Translations under genes and position numbers: made by a program
Shown here: piece after piece, positions 47,829 to 58,743 of the stretch
Numbering within the stretch: position 1 is the stretch's first letter
Layout: every line of letters starts with the position of its first letter
Assembly (NCBI GenBank): GCA_964354125.1
Contig: CAYGXW010000004.1
Span: 1 to 60,616 of the forward strand
Length of the DNA: 60,616 nucleotides
Source: an uncultured Dehalococcoidales bacterium
Lineage (GTDB): Bacteria > Chloroflexota > Dehalococcoidia > Dehalococcoidales > G020351185
Direction: 5' to 3'
The notes under the pieces: model-generated
Told to the model about the DNA's origin: nothing
The model's database searches: none
Seen by the model: the letters and a program-made list of their open reading frames with translations, nothing else

Positions 47829-47855
47829 ACAATTTATAACAGGTGAGGAGTTGTT

Positions 47856-48161
47856 ATGGATACCAAACCACGCTATGTAATAAGTGTCGCTGCTGAGATG
47901 CTCGGCACCCAGACCTATACCTTGCGCTACTATGAAAAGGTGGGCATAATAAAGCCAGCCCGGTCACGGGGCAATATTCGGCTGTACTCGGACATAGATG
48001 TTACGCTACTACGCCGGGTAATGACGCTGATGGATGACCTCGGGGTTAATCTAGCCGGGGTAGAGGTTATTATGAGAATGTCACAGCAAATTGCCCAGTT
48101 ACAGAGGGTTAATGATGAGCTGGAGGCAGAGTTAGCCAGATTAAGGGAGGAGGAGGCATGA
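47856..48161 (+). CDS. hspR: HspR-like MerR-family heat-shock repressor
   Basis: YVISVAAEM...TLRYYE...RLYS...LGVNLAGV; located between dnaJ and clp. Confidence 0.85.
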   Translation: MDTKPRYVISVAAEMLGTQTYTLRYYEKVGIIKPARSRGNIRLYSDIDVTLLRRVMTLMDDLGVNLAGVEVIMRMSQQIAQLQRVNDELEAELARLREEEA

Positions 48162-50644
48162 GACAGGAGAGATTTACCGAACAGGCACAGGAGGCTCTGG
48201 CAACCTCCCAGCAGCTAGTCAGTCAGTTTCACCATAACCAGTGGGATGTGGAACACATATTGTTAGCATTACTCCAGCAGGAGAAGGGGCTGGTCGGTGA
48301 AATACTTAGCGAGCTTGGTACTAATATTGAAGCAGTGAAAAAGAAGGTGACTGCCTCCCTGGAGAAAGCACCCAAGGTTACCTATGAAACCGGGCAGATA
48401 TACGCTACGCCGCGCATTGCCAAGCTTTTAGAAGCGGCCGCCGGCGAGGCTGACCGCCTTAAGGACGAGTTCATCGGTACCGAACACCTATTGATTGCCA
48501 TGAGTAGTGAGCAAAAAGGTGAGGCAGCTAAAATACTCAGCGGCGCCGGTATTGACCAGGAAAAGGTATACCGTGCCCTGCAGAAAATCAGGGGTGGGCA
48601 TCGCGTTACCGATTCCCGGGCTGAGGGCAAATATCGCCCCCTGTCTAAATACAGCCGTGACCTGACAGCCATGGCTCAAGCTGGCAAGCTTGACCCGGTT
48701 ATCGGCCGGGACGAGGAGATTAAACGGGTAATGCAGATACTTACCCGACGTACCAAGAACAATCCGGTGATAGTTGGTGATGCCGGTGTGGGTAAGACAG
48801 CCATCGCCGAGGGAGTGGCTCAAAAGATTGCTACCGATGACGTCCCAGAATCCTTGAGGGGAAGAAAAGTTATGGCTCTGGATATGGGCTCGCTGGTAGC
48901 CGGCAGTAAGTTCCGTGGCGAGTTTGAGGAGCGCCTTAAGGCAGTGATGGATGAGGTACGAGAGGCTCAGGGTGAAATAATATTATTCATTGACGAGATT
49001 CATACTGTAGTCGGTGCCGGAGCCGCCGAGGGCTCTATAGATGCCAGCAATATGCTCAAGCCAGCCCTGGCTCATGGTGAGCTGCAGTGCATTGGTGCCA
49101 CCACACTGGATGAGTACCGCAAGTTTATTGAGAAGGACAAAGCCCTGGAGCGGCGCTTGCAACCGGTCTATATTAGCGAGCCGGATGCCGAGGCTACTAT
49201 TGCTATACTGAAAGGCCTGCGGCCAAGATATGAGGCACACCACAAGATTAAAATCAGCGACCAGGCTCTAGAGGCTGCCGTCCGCCTGAGCCAGCGTTAT
49301 ATCTCTGACAGACACCTGCCAGACAAAGCCATTGACCTGATTGATGAAGCCGCTTCCAAGCTGCGCCTTGATACCGAGAGTGCCCCACCTGAGGTTAAGT
49401 CACTGGAGAGCCGGCTCAAACAATTAACCAATGAAGAGGAGGCGGCTTCACAAAGGCAGGAGTATGAGCACGCCGCTCAACTTAAGGCTGAGAGGCTGCG
49501 CCTGGAAGAGGAGTATAACCAGGCTAAGAGTCAGTGGCTCAAGCAGCAGAAGATTGACGAGGAGGTCGGCGAGGAAGATATTGCTAAACTGGTCGCCAGC
49601 TGGACGGGCATCCCGGTATCCCAGATGCTGGAGGGAGAAGCCGATAAAATGCTACATATGGAAGAACGCATTCACCAGCGGCTGGTAAACCAGGAAGAGG
49701 CGGTAAAGGCTATTTCGGAGGCTATCAGAAGAAGCCGGGCCGGTCTTAAAGACCCGCGGCGTCCTATTGGCAACTTCATGTTCCTGGGTCCAACTGGTGT
49801 CGGTAAAACCGAGCTAGCCAGAACCCTGGCCTGGTTTCTCTTCGGCGACGAAAACGCTATGGTACGACTGGATATGTCAGAATACCAGGAGAAGCATACG
49901 GTATCACGCCTGATTGGTGCCCCGCCGGGTTATATTGGCTATGATGAGGGCGGACAGCTTACCGAGCTGGTAAGAAGACGCCCCTACCGTGTAATTCTAC
50001 TTGATGAGATTGAAAAGGCACACCCCGAGGTGTTTAACAGCCTGTTACAGGTGCTTGATGACGGGCGATTAACTGATGGTCATGGACGAACAGTGGATTT
50101 CAAGAACACGGTGGTCATAATGACCTCAAACGCCGGGGTGGAGCTCATCAAGCGCGAAACTGGCCTCGGCTTTGCCGTGCAGAAGGATAAAGATAAAGCC
50201 ACTAAAAACAGCTATGAACGAATGAAGGAAAAGGTGATGGCTGAGGTTAAAAAGACCTTCCGCCCCGAGTTTCTTAACCGCATAGATGAAATCATAGTCT
50301 TCCATGAGCTAACCGAAGAACAGCTCAGGAGTATAGTTGATTTGCTGGTAAAAGACCTGCAAAAACGCCTTACCGAAAGAAAGCTGGAGATTGATATCAG
50401 TGATAAAGCCAAATCATGGCTGGCTGAAATCGGCTACGACCCGACCTACGGAGCAAGGCCGCTACGACGAGCCATTGAGCAATATGTAGAAAATCCCTTA
50501 TCAAGTAAACTTCTACGAGGTGAATTCAAAGAGGGCGATACCATCCTGGTTGACCAGGGGGCTGATGGCTTAATCTTCAAGGCAAGGAAGAACCAGGCAA
50601 CTGGTAACAAAAACCGCTCAAGGCAGGAGAGGCTTGGAGACTGA
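48158..50644 (+). CDS. Clp/Hsp100 ATPase (ClpC-like short middle domain)
   Basis: Two AAA modules ([16 protein letters not shown]), Clp N-repeats, UVR-like segment. Confidence 0.93.
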   Translation: MRQERFTEQAQEALATSQQLVSQFHHNQWDVEHILLALLQQEKGLVGEILSELGTNIEAVKKKVTASLEKAPKVTYETGQIYATPRIAKLLEAAAGEADRLKDEFIGTEHLLIAMSSEQKGEAAKILSGAGIDQEKVYRALQKIRGGHRVTDSRAEGKYRPLSKYSRDLTAMAQAGKLDPVIGRDEEIKRVMQILTRRTKNNPVIVGDAGVGKTAIAEGVAQKIATDDVPESLRGRKVMALDMGSLVAGSKFRGEFEERLKAVMDEVREAQGEIILFIDEIHTVVGAGAAEGSIDASNMLKPALAHGELQCIGATTLDEYRKFIEKDKALERRLQPVYISEPDAEATIAILKGLRPRYEAHHKIKISDQALEAAVRLSQRYISDRHLPDKAIDLIDEAASKLRLDTESAPPEVKSLESRLKQLTNEEEAASQRQEYEHAAQLKAERLRLEEEYNQAKSQWLKQQKIDEEVGEEDIAKLVASWTGIPVSQMLEGEADKMLHMEERIHQRLVNQEEAVKAISEAIRRSRAGLKDPRRPIGNFMFLGPTGVGKTELARTLAWFLFGDENAMVRLDMSEYQEKHTVSRLIGAPPGYIGYDEGGQLTELVRRRPYRVILLDEIEKAHPEVFNSLLQVLDDGRLTDGHGRTVDFKNTVVIMTSNAGVELIKRETGLGFAVQKDKDKATKNSYERMKEKVMAEVKKTFRPEFLNRIDEIIVFHELTEEQLRSIVDLLVKDLQKRLTERKLEIDISDKAKSWLAEIGYDPTYGARPLRRAIEQYVENPLSSKLLRGEFKEGDTILVDQGADGLIFKARKNQATGNKNRSRQERLGD

Positions 50645-51284
50645 TACTAACACTGACACTGATACTATTAATAGTACAAGTAAGTTAAAAAATACCCTCA
50701 AGAGATGGGAGTTTTGGGTAGGTATCTTAACTATTGTCCTAACCTTCGGTCTGGCAATAATGGTTATTTTCTACTGGCAGGCCTTCCAGGAACAAGCCAG
50801 CTATAGCTATCTGGGGTTGTTCTTTGTCAGCACTATCGGCGGGGCTACTGTCATCATCCCGGTACCATCACTGGTAGTACAGTTCACTATGGGCGCTGTG
50901 CTTCATCCAGCCATAGTGGGTGCCGTCGCCGGACTGGGTTCCGGCATAGGCGGCACCCTTGTTTATCTCTTCGGTCGTGGTGGACGTAAGATTTTCTCCA
51001 ATATCGGCTTCTCCTCTCCTAGTCCTGATAGATTTATCATCCGCTGGACGGCTTGCGTTATGGACTGGGCTAAACACAGAGGCTCACTGGTCGTTTTTCT
51101 AATGTCGGCGGTGCTGAACCCTATTTTCTTCCCAATGGCTTTTGCCATGGGGGCAAGCCGCTTTCGTCTATGGAAATTTTTCATCATGTGCTGGGCAGGC
51201 AACACGGTTAAAAGCATGATTATTGCCTATTTGGGTTATTATGGCTTAGCCGCCCTGCTACGCTGGCTGGGAATAGATATTTAA
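50634..51284 (+). CDS. DedA/VTT (SNARE-associated) membrane protein
   Basis: IIPVPS, GSGIGGTLVYLFGRGG and AMGASRFRLWKFF...GNTVK motifs. Confidence 0.78.
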   Translation: METDTNTDTDTINSTSKLKNTLKRWEFWVGILTIVLTFGLAIMVIFYWQAFQEQASYSYLGLFFVSTIGGATVIIPVPSLVVQFTMGAVLHPAIVGAVAGLGSGIGGTLVYLFGRGGRKIFSNIGFSSPSPDRFIIRWTACVMDWAKHRGSLVVFLMSAVLNPIFFPMAFAMGASRFRLWKFFIMCWAGNTVKSMIIAYLGYYGLAALLRWLGIDI

Positions 51285-51308
51285 TGTTTATTTAACAGGA
51301 AATGGTTT

Positions 51309-51851
51309 ATGCAGAAAATAAAAAGGCTGGCTAACTTCTTCAGCGGTTTTAATCTAATTATCGGTCCCCATATAAAGAAACAGCTTAAATTCCTGAAAGA
51401 AATCACCCCCGAAAGTTTTAAGCATAGGGAGATGGATGATTTGGGCTGTGGCGATGGCAAGGTAACTTTACTGCTAAGGGATATCTTTCTACCCAAAAAG
51501 CTCCGCGGTTTTGATGTTAATCCCAGTCTGGTTAGACGTGCGCTTACTAAAGGAATCCAGGCCGAGGTTAAAAATCTGGAGGAAGACATACCAACCGGGG
51601 AGTTAGCCGTAATGTGGGGGGTTTTACATCATCTAAAAGACATGGGGGATTGCCTTGAAAGAATAAAGAGAAATTATAATCTTATATTCATTAGAGAGCC
51701 GATAAAGACCGGTAGTGTTAACTGGCTGGAAATGGGACACCCGCTAAGAAAAGAAGATATTGAAACGCTATTTAAGGAGTATTTACCTGATTCACAAATA
51801 TTCTATTGCGGTAATGCCATATTTATATTTTATATCCCCAAAGTTAATTGA
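51309..51851 (+). CDS. Class I SAM-dependent methyltransferase
   Basis: DLGCGDG, GFDVN and VLHHL motifs. Confidence 0.8.
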   Translation: MQKIKRLANFFSGFNLIIGPHIKKQLKFLKEITPESFKHREMDDLGCGDGKVTLLLRDIFLPKKLRGFDVNPSLVRRALTKGIQAEVKNLEEDIPTGELAVMWGVLHHLKDMGDCLERIKRNYNLIFIREPIKTGSVNWLEMGHPLRKEDIETLFKEYLPDSQIFYCGNAIFIFYIPKVN

Positions 51852-51923
51852 CCGATAAGAAATCAATAGGCTATAATTATAGTGCTGAGGTAATCCACCC
51901 CGTAGTTAAAGAGGTAAGCTGAT

Positions 51924-53336
51924 TTGCACGAGGCATGCGGCGTTTTTGGCATTTATGCCCACAATGAAGACATAGCTAGGCTTACCTTTTTTGCACTTTT
52001 TGCCCTCCAGCACCGAGGCCAGGAGAGCGCTGGCATCGCTACTACCGATGGCAGGCGGCTCCAGGTCTATGCCAAGATGGGGCTTGTGTCCCAGATATTT
52101 AATGAGGATTCTCTCAGTAAGCTCACCGGGCATATTGCCATCGGCCATAACCGCTACTCCACCAGGGGTTCCAGTAAGAGTTTCAACGCCCAACCTATCG
52201 TAGTGGGTAAGGGCTCGGATGCCCTGGCTATAGCACACAATGGCAATATTACCAATGCCGAACCCCTATATAAGGAGCTGGTTGACAAAGGCTTTACCTT
52301 CTATACCTCCACAGACACCGAGGTCATCGCCAACCTCATCGTTTCCTCTCCGGGAAAGGAATGGCTGGGCAAGATAAGATACGCCATGCGCCGGCTCCAG
52401 GGGGCATACTCAATGGTTGTTATGACCAAAGACACCCTCTATGGCATCCGCGACCCCTTTGGCGTACGCCCCTTATGCCTGGGGACTATCGTCAATGGAC
52501 ATTATGTAATAGCCTCTGAGAGTTGTGCCATAGACCATATTGGTGCCAACTTTTTAAGAGAGATTGAACCCGGTGAGATAGTCTCTATTAACGATAAGGG
52601 TATTAAAAGCTATCAAGAAGAGACAGATAAGAAGGCTCTCTGTATCTTTGAGTACATCTACTTTTCCCGCCCCGATAGCGTCATTAATGGTCGCCTGCTA
52701 TACGCAGCAAGACAGGCTATGGGTGCTGGTCTAGCCGAAGAACACCCGGTAGATGCTGATTTGGTAATCGGCGTGCCCGACTCGGCTACCGCCGCTGGTT
52801 TCGGCTACGCCCTCAGGTCGGGCATACCACCGGGCGAAGGCTTGATTAAAAACCGCTATATGGGGCGTACCTTTATTGAACCCGACCAACGGATAAGGGA
52901 CCTCGGGGTTAAACTCAAGTTCAACCCCCTGCAGCCTTTACTGGAAGGTAAGCGGGTAGTTCTGGTTGATGATAGCATCGTCAGGGGCACTACCACACCA
53001 AAGGTAATCAAGCTACTAAAAAAAGGTGGAGCCAAAGAAGTCCACATGCGCGTCTGTGCCCCGCCAATCCGCTATCCCTGTTTCTTCGGGGTAGACATGG
53101 CTACCCGCCGGGAGCTAATCGCAGCCCAAAAAACAATACCTGAAATCAGGGATTTCATCGGCGCCGATACCCTGGGTTATCTCAGTATTGGTGGACTAAT
53201 TAAAGCGGTAGCTTTGCCCAGAGATATCTTCTGTCTCGCCTGTTTCACCGGTGAATACCCGGTGCCAGTACAGCTTGAGATGGACAAATTGGCACTAGAG
53301 ACAGCGGCTACCGGCAATAAAATCCCAGTAAAATGA
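51924..53336 (+). CDS. purF: Amidophosphoribosyltransferase
   Basis: EACGVFG, LQHRGQESAG, HNGN and VDDSIVRGTT motifs. Confidence 0.98.
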   Translation: MHEACGVFGIYAHNEDIARLTFFALFALQHRGQESAGIATTDGRRLQVYAKMGLVSQIFNEDSLSKLTGHIAIGHNRYSTRGSSKSFNAQPIVVGKGSDALAIAHNGNITNAEPLYKELVDKGFTFYTSTDTEVIANLIVSSPGKEWLGKIRYAMRRLQGAYSMVVMTKDTLYGIRDPFGVRPLCLGTIVNGHYVIASESCAIDHIGANFLREIEPGEIVSINDKGIKSYQEETDKKALCIFEYIYFSRPDSVINGRLLYAARQAMGAGLAEEHPVDADLVIGVPDSATAAGFGYALRSGIPPGEGLIKNRYMGRTFIEPDQRIRDLGVKLKFNPLQPLLEGKRVVLVDDSIVRGTTTPKVIKLLKKGGAKEVHMRVCAPPIRYPCFFGVDMATRRELIAAQKTIPEIRDFIGADTLGYLSIGGLIKAVALPRDIFCLACFTGEYPVPVQLEMDKLALETAATGNKIPVK

Positions 53337-53468
53337 CTATAGGCTGAAATACCCGATAATAAAGCTAAATTCCCCCTTCTTATTGATTGTAACTAGGCTG
53401 GCTAAAGTGCTATTATTAAAATTCACCAATCAGTATTAGATAACAGACTAAAATAAGGAGGTTCTTAT

Positions 53469-53675
53469 ATGGGTTGTGGTTTAATACTCGGGGCGGCTAT
53501 ACCCGGCTTTTTCCTGAGTTCTCTCTTTACCATGCTTCTCTGGGGCGCTATTGCCCCAAAATTAGGGGGAGATACAATAAGCTATGCTATGGCTATGCTG
53601 ATAACTATCAGCCTCTGGATTGTGGTGGCACCTCTGGCGGCGGCGGCCGGCAGGGGCAAGTGGTTTAAAAAGTAG
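53469..53675 (+). CDS. Small two-TM membrane protein
   Basis: AAGGAGG RBS; hydrophobic 68 aa. Confidence 0.7.
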   Translation: MGCGLILGAAIPGFFLSSLFTMLLWGAIAPKLGGDTISYAMAMLITISLWIVVAPLAAAAGRGKWFKK

Positions 53676-53714
53676 CGACACAATTAAGTAACATCCTTTT
53701 TAGGAGGTAAGTAG

Positions 53715-54722
53715 ATTAAAAAGACCTACGCCGCGGCTGGCGTTAATATTGATATTGCTGATAAGGTCAAAAGGCTAATTGGGGAGTACGCCAAAACCAC
53801 CTTCCGTCCCGAGGTTCTGGCTGGTCCCGGGCTCTTTGGCGGGCTTTTTGAACTTAGGGGACTCAATCATACGATTCTGGTCTCCAGTGTTGATGGGGTC
53901 GGCACCAAGCTCAAGATTGCCAATACCCTGGAAAGACATAATACCATCGGTATTGATATTGTTAACCACTGTGTCAATGACATTCTTACCTGTGGTGCCG
54001 AGCCGCTCTTCTTTCTGGACTATATTGCCATGGGTAAGATGGTGCCAGAAAAGGTCGAGGCTATTGTCCAAGGGCTGGCTAAGGCTTGTCATGAGGTCGG
54101 CTGTGCCCTTATCGGTGGTGAAACCGCCGAGATGCCCGGGGTGTATGCCGAAGGGGACTACGATCTAGTAGGCTTTATTATTGGTGCCGTCGAAAAAGAG
54201 AGAATAATAACCGGTAAAACAATAGCGGTAGGAGATACCCTTATCGGCCTAACCTCCAGCGGTCTCCATACCAACGGCTATTCTTTAGCCCGTAAAGTCT
54301 TCGGCGATACTGCTTCGGCATTGAATAAATACTATTCCGAATTAGGCAGAACCATTGGTGAAGAGCTTCTTGAGCCTCACCGATGTTACTATAATAAGCT
54401 AAATCTGGTCTTACCGCTTATTAAAGGGATGGCACACATTACTGGCGGTGGTCTGATTGGTAATGTCCCTCGGGTTTTACCCGAGGGCTTGTCGGCAAGC
54501 TTTACCAGTAAATCCTGGAGCGTCCCTTTAATCTTCCGGCTAATTCAGAAGCGGGGCAATGTGGACATAAATGAAATGTACCGCGTTTTTAATATGGGCA
54601 TCGGCATGGTGCTCATCTGCTCACCGGAGAATATTAACGAGCTAACCAAGCAATTACCTGAGGCTAAAGTTATTGGTGAGGTGGTGAAACAGGCGGATAA
54701 GACAAGGGTGGTCATTGATTAG
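53715..54722 (+). CDS. purM: Phosphoribosylformylglycinamidine cyclo-ligase, apparent ATT start
   Basis: Frame open upstream of the listed ATG through TYAAAGVNID, DGVGTKL and NDILTCGAEPLFFLDY; bounded by TAG at 53712-53714; AGGAGG at 53702-53707. Confidence 0.93.
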   Translation: MKKTYAAAGVNIDIADKVKRLIGEYAKTTFRPEVLAGPGLFGGLFELRGLNHTILVSSVDGVGTKLKIANTLERHNTIGIDIVNHCVNDILTCGAEPLFFLDYIAMGKMVPEKVEAIVQGLAKACHEVGCALIGGETAEMPGVYAEGDYDLVGFIIGAVEKERIITGKTIAVGDTLIGLTSSGLHTNGYSLARKVFGDTASALNKYYSELGRTIGEELLEPHRCYYNKLNLVLPLIKGMAHITGGGLIGNVPRVLPEGLSASFTSKSWSVPLIFRLIQKRGNVDINEMYRVFNMGIGMVLICSPENINELTKQLPEAKVIGEVVKQADKTRVVID

Positions 54723-54745
54723 TTAGCAATATTAAGGAGATTTAT

Positions 54746-56290
54746 ATGCGAGCTATTATCAGTGTATCGGACAAAACAGGGGTGACTGAATTTGCCACTG
54801 GTTTAAATAAGCTAGGTTACGAAATTTTCAGCACCGGCGGCACCAAAAAAGTGCTCTTTGAAGCCAAGGTGCCAGTGAAAAGCGTCTCTGAAATTACCGG
54901 CTTCCCCGAAATACTGAACGGACGGGTAAAGACCCTACACCCGGCTGTTCACGGCGGGCTGCTGGCTAAACGCAACCTACCAGAGCATATGAAAGAGCTG
55001 GAGAATAACAATATCCAACCCATAGACATGGTGGTGGTCAACCTCTACCCATTTGTCCAGACTGTGTCCAGGGAAGGGGTTACCCTTGATGAGGCGCTGG
55101 AGAATATTGACATTGGCGGCCCAACTATGATTAGGGCAGCGGCTAAAAACTTCCCCGGTGTTATTGTGGTGGTTGACCCGGCTGACTATCAACCAATCCT
55201 GGAGAAACTGAAAGCTGGTAGACTGGAACTGGATGAGCAAAAAAAGCTAGCCCAGAAGGCTTTCCAGCATGTAGCTGTTTACGATACCGCCATCTCACAA
55301 TACCTTAGACAGGGTATAGACAGCTTCCCTGACGATATGACTATAGCTCTAAAGAAACGCTTTGATTTGCGCTACGGTGAGAACCCACACCAGAAGGCTG
55401 CCTTCTATGCCGAACAGACGGTAGCCACCAAACAGGATACTGGCATAACCTGGGCAAAACAGCTATGGGGCAAGGAACTCTCCTTTAACAATATCCTGGA
55501 TGCCGATGCCGCCTGGGGAGCGGCTGTTGATTTTGGCGAGCCGACGGTGGCTATCGTTAAACATACCAATACCTGCGGTTTAGCCAGCCACCCGGATATC
55601 GCCGAGGCTTACCGACGGGCTTTCAGCGGGGATACAGTATCTGCCTTCGGCGGTATTGTCGCCAGTAATCGCAAGGTTAATTCAGAAATGGCAGAGGCGA
55701 TGGGGGAGGTTTTTTATGAGATAGTCATCGCCCCCGAGTACAACGCTAACGCTCTAGAAGTCCTTAAAAAGAAGAGGAATCTTCGTATCCTGCTGGCTGA
55801 GTTGCCGCCGGACTACACCGCCACCCCAACAGGCTATCTTGATTATCGCAGAGTGAAGGGTGGGCTACTAATTCAGACCTCGGACTCCCTGGCTGAAGAT
55901 AATATCCAGCTCAAAACAGTAACCAAACGAGCGCCGACTAAAAAAGAACTGGAAGACCTGCTCTTCGCCTGGCAGGCAGTTAAACATATAAAGTCTAATG
56001 CTATATTATTGGTCAAGAATAAGACGCTGGTTGGCATGGGAGCTGGGCAGCCCAACCGGGTGGTAAGCGTTGATATTGCCAGCAAAAAAGCCGGTGAAAG
56101 GTCCAAGGGTAGCGTGATGGCTTCCGACGCCATGTTCCCCTTCCCGGACAGTGTTGAACAGGCGGCTGCAGCCGGTGCCACTGCTATCATCCAGCCCGGC
56201 GGTTCAATAAGAGACGAGGACTCCATCAAGGCAGCCGACAAACACAACATAGCCATGGTCTTTACCGGTGTCAGGCACTTTTTGCACTAA
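54746..56290 (+). CDS. purH: Bifunctional AICAR transformylase/IMP cyclohydrolase
   Basis: ISVSDKTG, GRVKTLHP, IDIGGPTM, LRYGENPHQ and IIQPGGS motifs. Confidence 0.98.
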   Translation: MRAIISVSDKTGVTEFATGLNKLGYEIFSTGGTKKVLFEAKVPVKSVSEITGFPEILNGRVKTLHPAVHGGLLAKRNLPEHMKELENNNIQPIDMVVVNLYPFVQTVSREGVTLDEALENIDIGGPTMIRAAAKNFPGVIVVVDPADYQPILEKLKAGRLELDEQKKLAQKAFQHVAVYDTAISQYLRQGIDSFPDDMTIALKKRFDLRYGENPHQKAAFYAEQTVATKQDTGITWAKQLWGKELSFNNILDADAAWGAAVDFGEPTVAIVKHTNTCGLASHPDIAEAYRRAFSGDTVSAFGGIVASNRKVNSEMAEAMGEVFYEIVIAPEYNANALEVLKKKRNLRILLAELPPDYTATPTGYLDYRRVKGGLLIQTSDSLAEDNIQLKTVTKRAPTKKELEDLLFAWQAVKHIKSNAILLVKNKTLVGMGAGQPNRVVSVDIASKKAGERSKGSVMASDAMFPFPDSVEQAAAAGATAIIQPGGSIRDEDSIKAADKHNIAMVFTGVRHFLH

Positions 56291-56308
56291 CCTGGTTAGA
56301 GAGTAATA

Positions 56309-56839
56309 ATGGCAGATACAGTATTAGTGGTTGATATGCTAAGGGGTTTTCTGGAGGCAGGCTACCCTCTGTATTGTGGGGAGAAAGTCCGAAACATCAT
56401 CCCCAATATTCAGGGATTACTTGAGCAGGAGCTCAAACAGGGAGCAAATCTTTTCTTCGTCTGTGACCGGCATGACACCGATGACCCTGAATTCAAGGTG
56501 TTTCCGCCGCACTGCATTACCGAAACCACTGAAGCCGAGGTAATACCTGAACTGGTAAAATATCCTGGTGAGGTAATACCCAAGAAACACTACAGCGCCT
56601 TTTTTAATACACCACTTGAAGAAAAATTAAAACAGATAAAACCAGATAAGCTTATTGTCTGTGGTGTACTGACCGATATCTGTGTTTTATATACCGTAGC
56701 TGATGCCAGAAATCGCGACTATGAGGTAGAGGTGCCGGTTGACTGCGTCGCCGCCCTGGACGAAAAGACACAGCAATTCGCCCTGAACCACATAGAGAAG
56801 GTGCTCGGCGCCAGGCTCACCAGATTCAAGGAGGCATAA
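56309..56839 (+). CDS. pncA: Isochorismatase-family cysteine hydrolase, probable nicotinamidase
   Basis: VVDM, FPPHC, K.HYSAF and TDICV motifs; adjacent to pncB. Confidence 0.82.
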   Translation: MADTVLVVDMLRGFLEAGYPLYCGEKVRNIIPNIQGLLEQELKQGANLFFVCDRHDTDDPEFKVFPPHCITETTEAEVIPELVKYPGEVIPKKHYSAFFNTPLEEKLKQIKPDKLIVCGVLTDICVLYTVADARNRDYEVEVPVDCVAALDEKTQQFALNHIEKVLGARLTRFKEA

Positions 56840-56843
56840 AGCA

Positions 56844-57836
56844 ATGGCTAAGTTTGAACCATCTAAAGAAGTGTTATCCGGGGAGACGGCTGATGTCTAC
56901 TTTGCCCGTACCGTTGACATACTGCGAAAAAAAAAGTTAAACCCGGTGGCTACTATGCAGGTATTTCCCAGCCGGGCGGGTATACTCTGCGGTATAGAGG
57001 AAGTCAAGGCTTTATTGTCCAGGGCTCTGTCAAAGGTTAAATGTGAGGTCTGGGCGCTGGGGGAGGGTGAAGCCATGGACAGAAAGGAGGTGGTGCTCCG
57101 CATAACCGCCCCTTATCAGAGCTATGGGCTTTATGAGACGGCTATCTGCGGCATTCTGGCCCACTGTAGCGGTTGGGCAACCGCCGCCAGAGAATGCGTT
57201 GACACCGCCACCGGGATTCCTATCACCAGCTTCGGTGCCCGCCATGTCCACCCCTCAGTCGCCGCTGTAATGGACTACTCAGCGATTATTGGCGGCTGCC
57301 AGGGCTGTTCCAGCATCGCCGGTGCCAGACTGGCTGGCATTGAACCATCCGGGACGATGCCCCACGCCCTGATTATAGTCATCGGTGATACGGTCAAGGC
57401 GACCTTAGCCTTTGACAAGCATATGCCACCCGATGTACCACGAGTATCCCTAGTTGATACCTTCAAGGATGAGGCTGAGGAAAGCCTGCTGGTGGCTCAA
57501 GCGCTGGGGGATAGGCTTGCTAGCGTCCGCCTTGATACCCCAGCCGAGAGGGGCCGGGTTACCATTGACCTGGTCAAGGAAGTCAGAGCCAGATTGAACC
57601 TAGCCGGTTTCAAAAAGGTCAAGATTTTTGTCAGTGGTGGAATTGACGCCGAGCGAATAAAGCAGTTTGTTGAGGAGAAGGCACCGGTTGATGGCTTTGG
57701 TATCGGTAGCTACATCACTAGCGCCAAGCCTATAGACTTTACCGCCGACCTGCATGAAATAGAAGGCAAGCCGATAGCCAAAAGGGGCCGCATCCCGGGC
57801 ATCACCCCTAACCCGCGGCTCAAGCGGGTAATGTAA
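56844..57836 (+). CDS. pncB: Nicotinate phosphoribosyltransferase
   Basis: DVYF, FGARH, GTMPHA, LVDTF, VRLDT and VSGG motifs. Confidence 0.9.
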   Translation: MAKFEPSKEVLSGETADVYFARTVDILRKKKLNPVATMQVFPSRAGILCGIEEVKALLSRALSKVKCEVWALGEGEAMDRKEVVLRITAPYQSYGLYETAICGILAHCSGWATAARECVDTATGIPITSFGARHVHPSVAAVMDYSAIIGGCQGCSSIAGARLAGIEPSGTMPHALIIVIGDTVKATLAFDKHMPPDVPRVSLVDTFKDEAEESLLVAQALGDRLASVRLDTPAERGRVTIDLVKEVRARLNLAGFKKVKIFVSGGIDAERIKQFVEEKAPVDGFGIGSYITSAKPIDFTADLHEIEGKPIAKRGRIPGITPNPRLKRVM

Positions 57837-57850
57837 TGAGGAGAGTAGAA

Positions 57851-58696
57851 ATGAAAGAGGAAGAAATAAAGAAAATAGTAAGAGAAGGCTATGCCGAGAT
57901 AGCCAAGAAAGGGAGTTCCTGCTGTACTCCGGTAAGCTCATGCTGTAATCAACCATCTCTGGCTGAGGACATCAGTAGAAAGATAGGCTACTCGGATGAA
58001 GAGTTAAACTCTGTACCCAAAGGCGCCAACCTCGGCCTCGGCTGCGGCAATCCGGTAGCTTTAGTTTCATTGAAAGAGGGTGAGACTGTCCTTGACCTTG
58101 GTGCCGGTGCCGGCTTTGACTGCTTCCTGGCGGCGAATAAGGTTGGCCAGAGTGGTAAAATTATCGGCGTTGATATGACGCCGGAGATGATTAGTAAAGC
58201 CCGAGCCAATGCCAAAGAGGGTGGCTATGAAAATGTGGAATTCAGGCTGGGTGAGATTGAAAACATACCCGCTGCTGATAACTCCGTTGATGTCATCATT
58301 TCCAACTGCGTCATCAATCTATCACCTGATAAGAAAAGGGTCTTCAGAGAAGCTTTCCGGGTGCTGAAACTAGGCGGTAGATTGATGGTGTCCGATATCG
58401 TTCTACTGAAAGAACTGCCCGATTTCATAAAGAAGTCTGTCGCCGCCTATGTCGGCTGTATTTCTGGGGCATTATTAAAAAATGATTATCTGGAAGCGAT
58501 AAGAGAGGCAGGCTTTCAAGAGGTTCAAGTGCTAGACGAGACTTTCTTCCCCATTGACTGCATGGCTAACGACCCCACCGCAAAAGCAATCATCAATGAG
58601 TTGAAAATAACCAAAGAGGATTTAAGAAATATTGAAAACTCCGTTGCCAGCGTAAAGGTTCAGGCGATAAAACCACCAACCAACGGTTCACACTGA
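57851..58696 (+). CDS. arsM: Arsenite S-adenosylmethyltransferase
   Basis: SSCC, NLGLGCGNP, LDLGAGAGFD, ISNCVINLSPDK and GCISGA motifs. Confidence 0.88.
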   Translation: MKEEEIKKIVREGYAEIAKKGSSCCTPVSSCCNQPSLAEDISRKIGYSDEELNSVPKGANLGLGCGNPVALVSLKEGETVLDLGAGAGFDCFLAANKVGQSGKIIGVDMTPEMISKARANAKEGGYENVEFRLGEIENIPAADNSVDVIISNCVINLSPDKKRVFREAFRVLKLGGRLMVSDIVLLKELPDFIKKSVAAYVGCISGALLKNDYLEAIREAGFQEVQVLDETFFPIDCMANDPTAKAIINELKITKEDLRNIENSVASVKVQAIKPPTNGSH

Positions 58697-58743
58697 TAAT
58701 GTAAAGGATTGTAAGCCGTGTAAAAACGTGATAAATTGGTAAT

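Noticed and set aside
50634-50670. Short ACTGAY-type microrepeat encoding TDTNTDTDT
   Set aside because: Low-complexity N-terminal tail with imperfect units; no sign of phase variation
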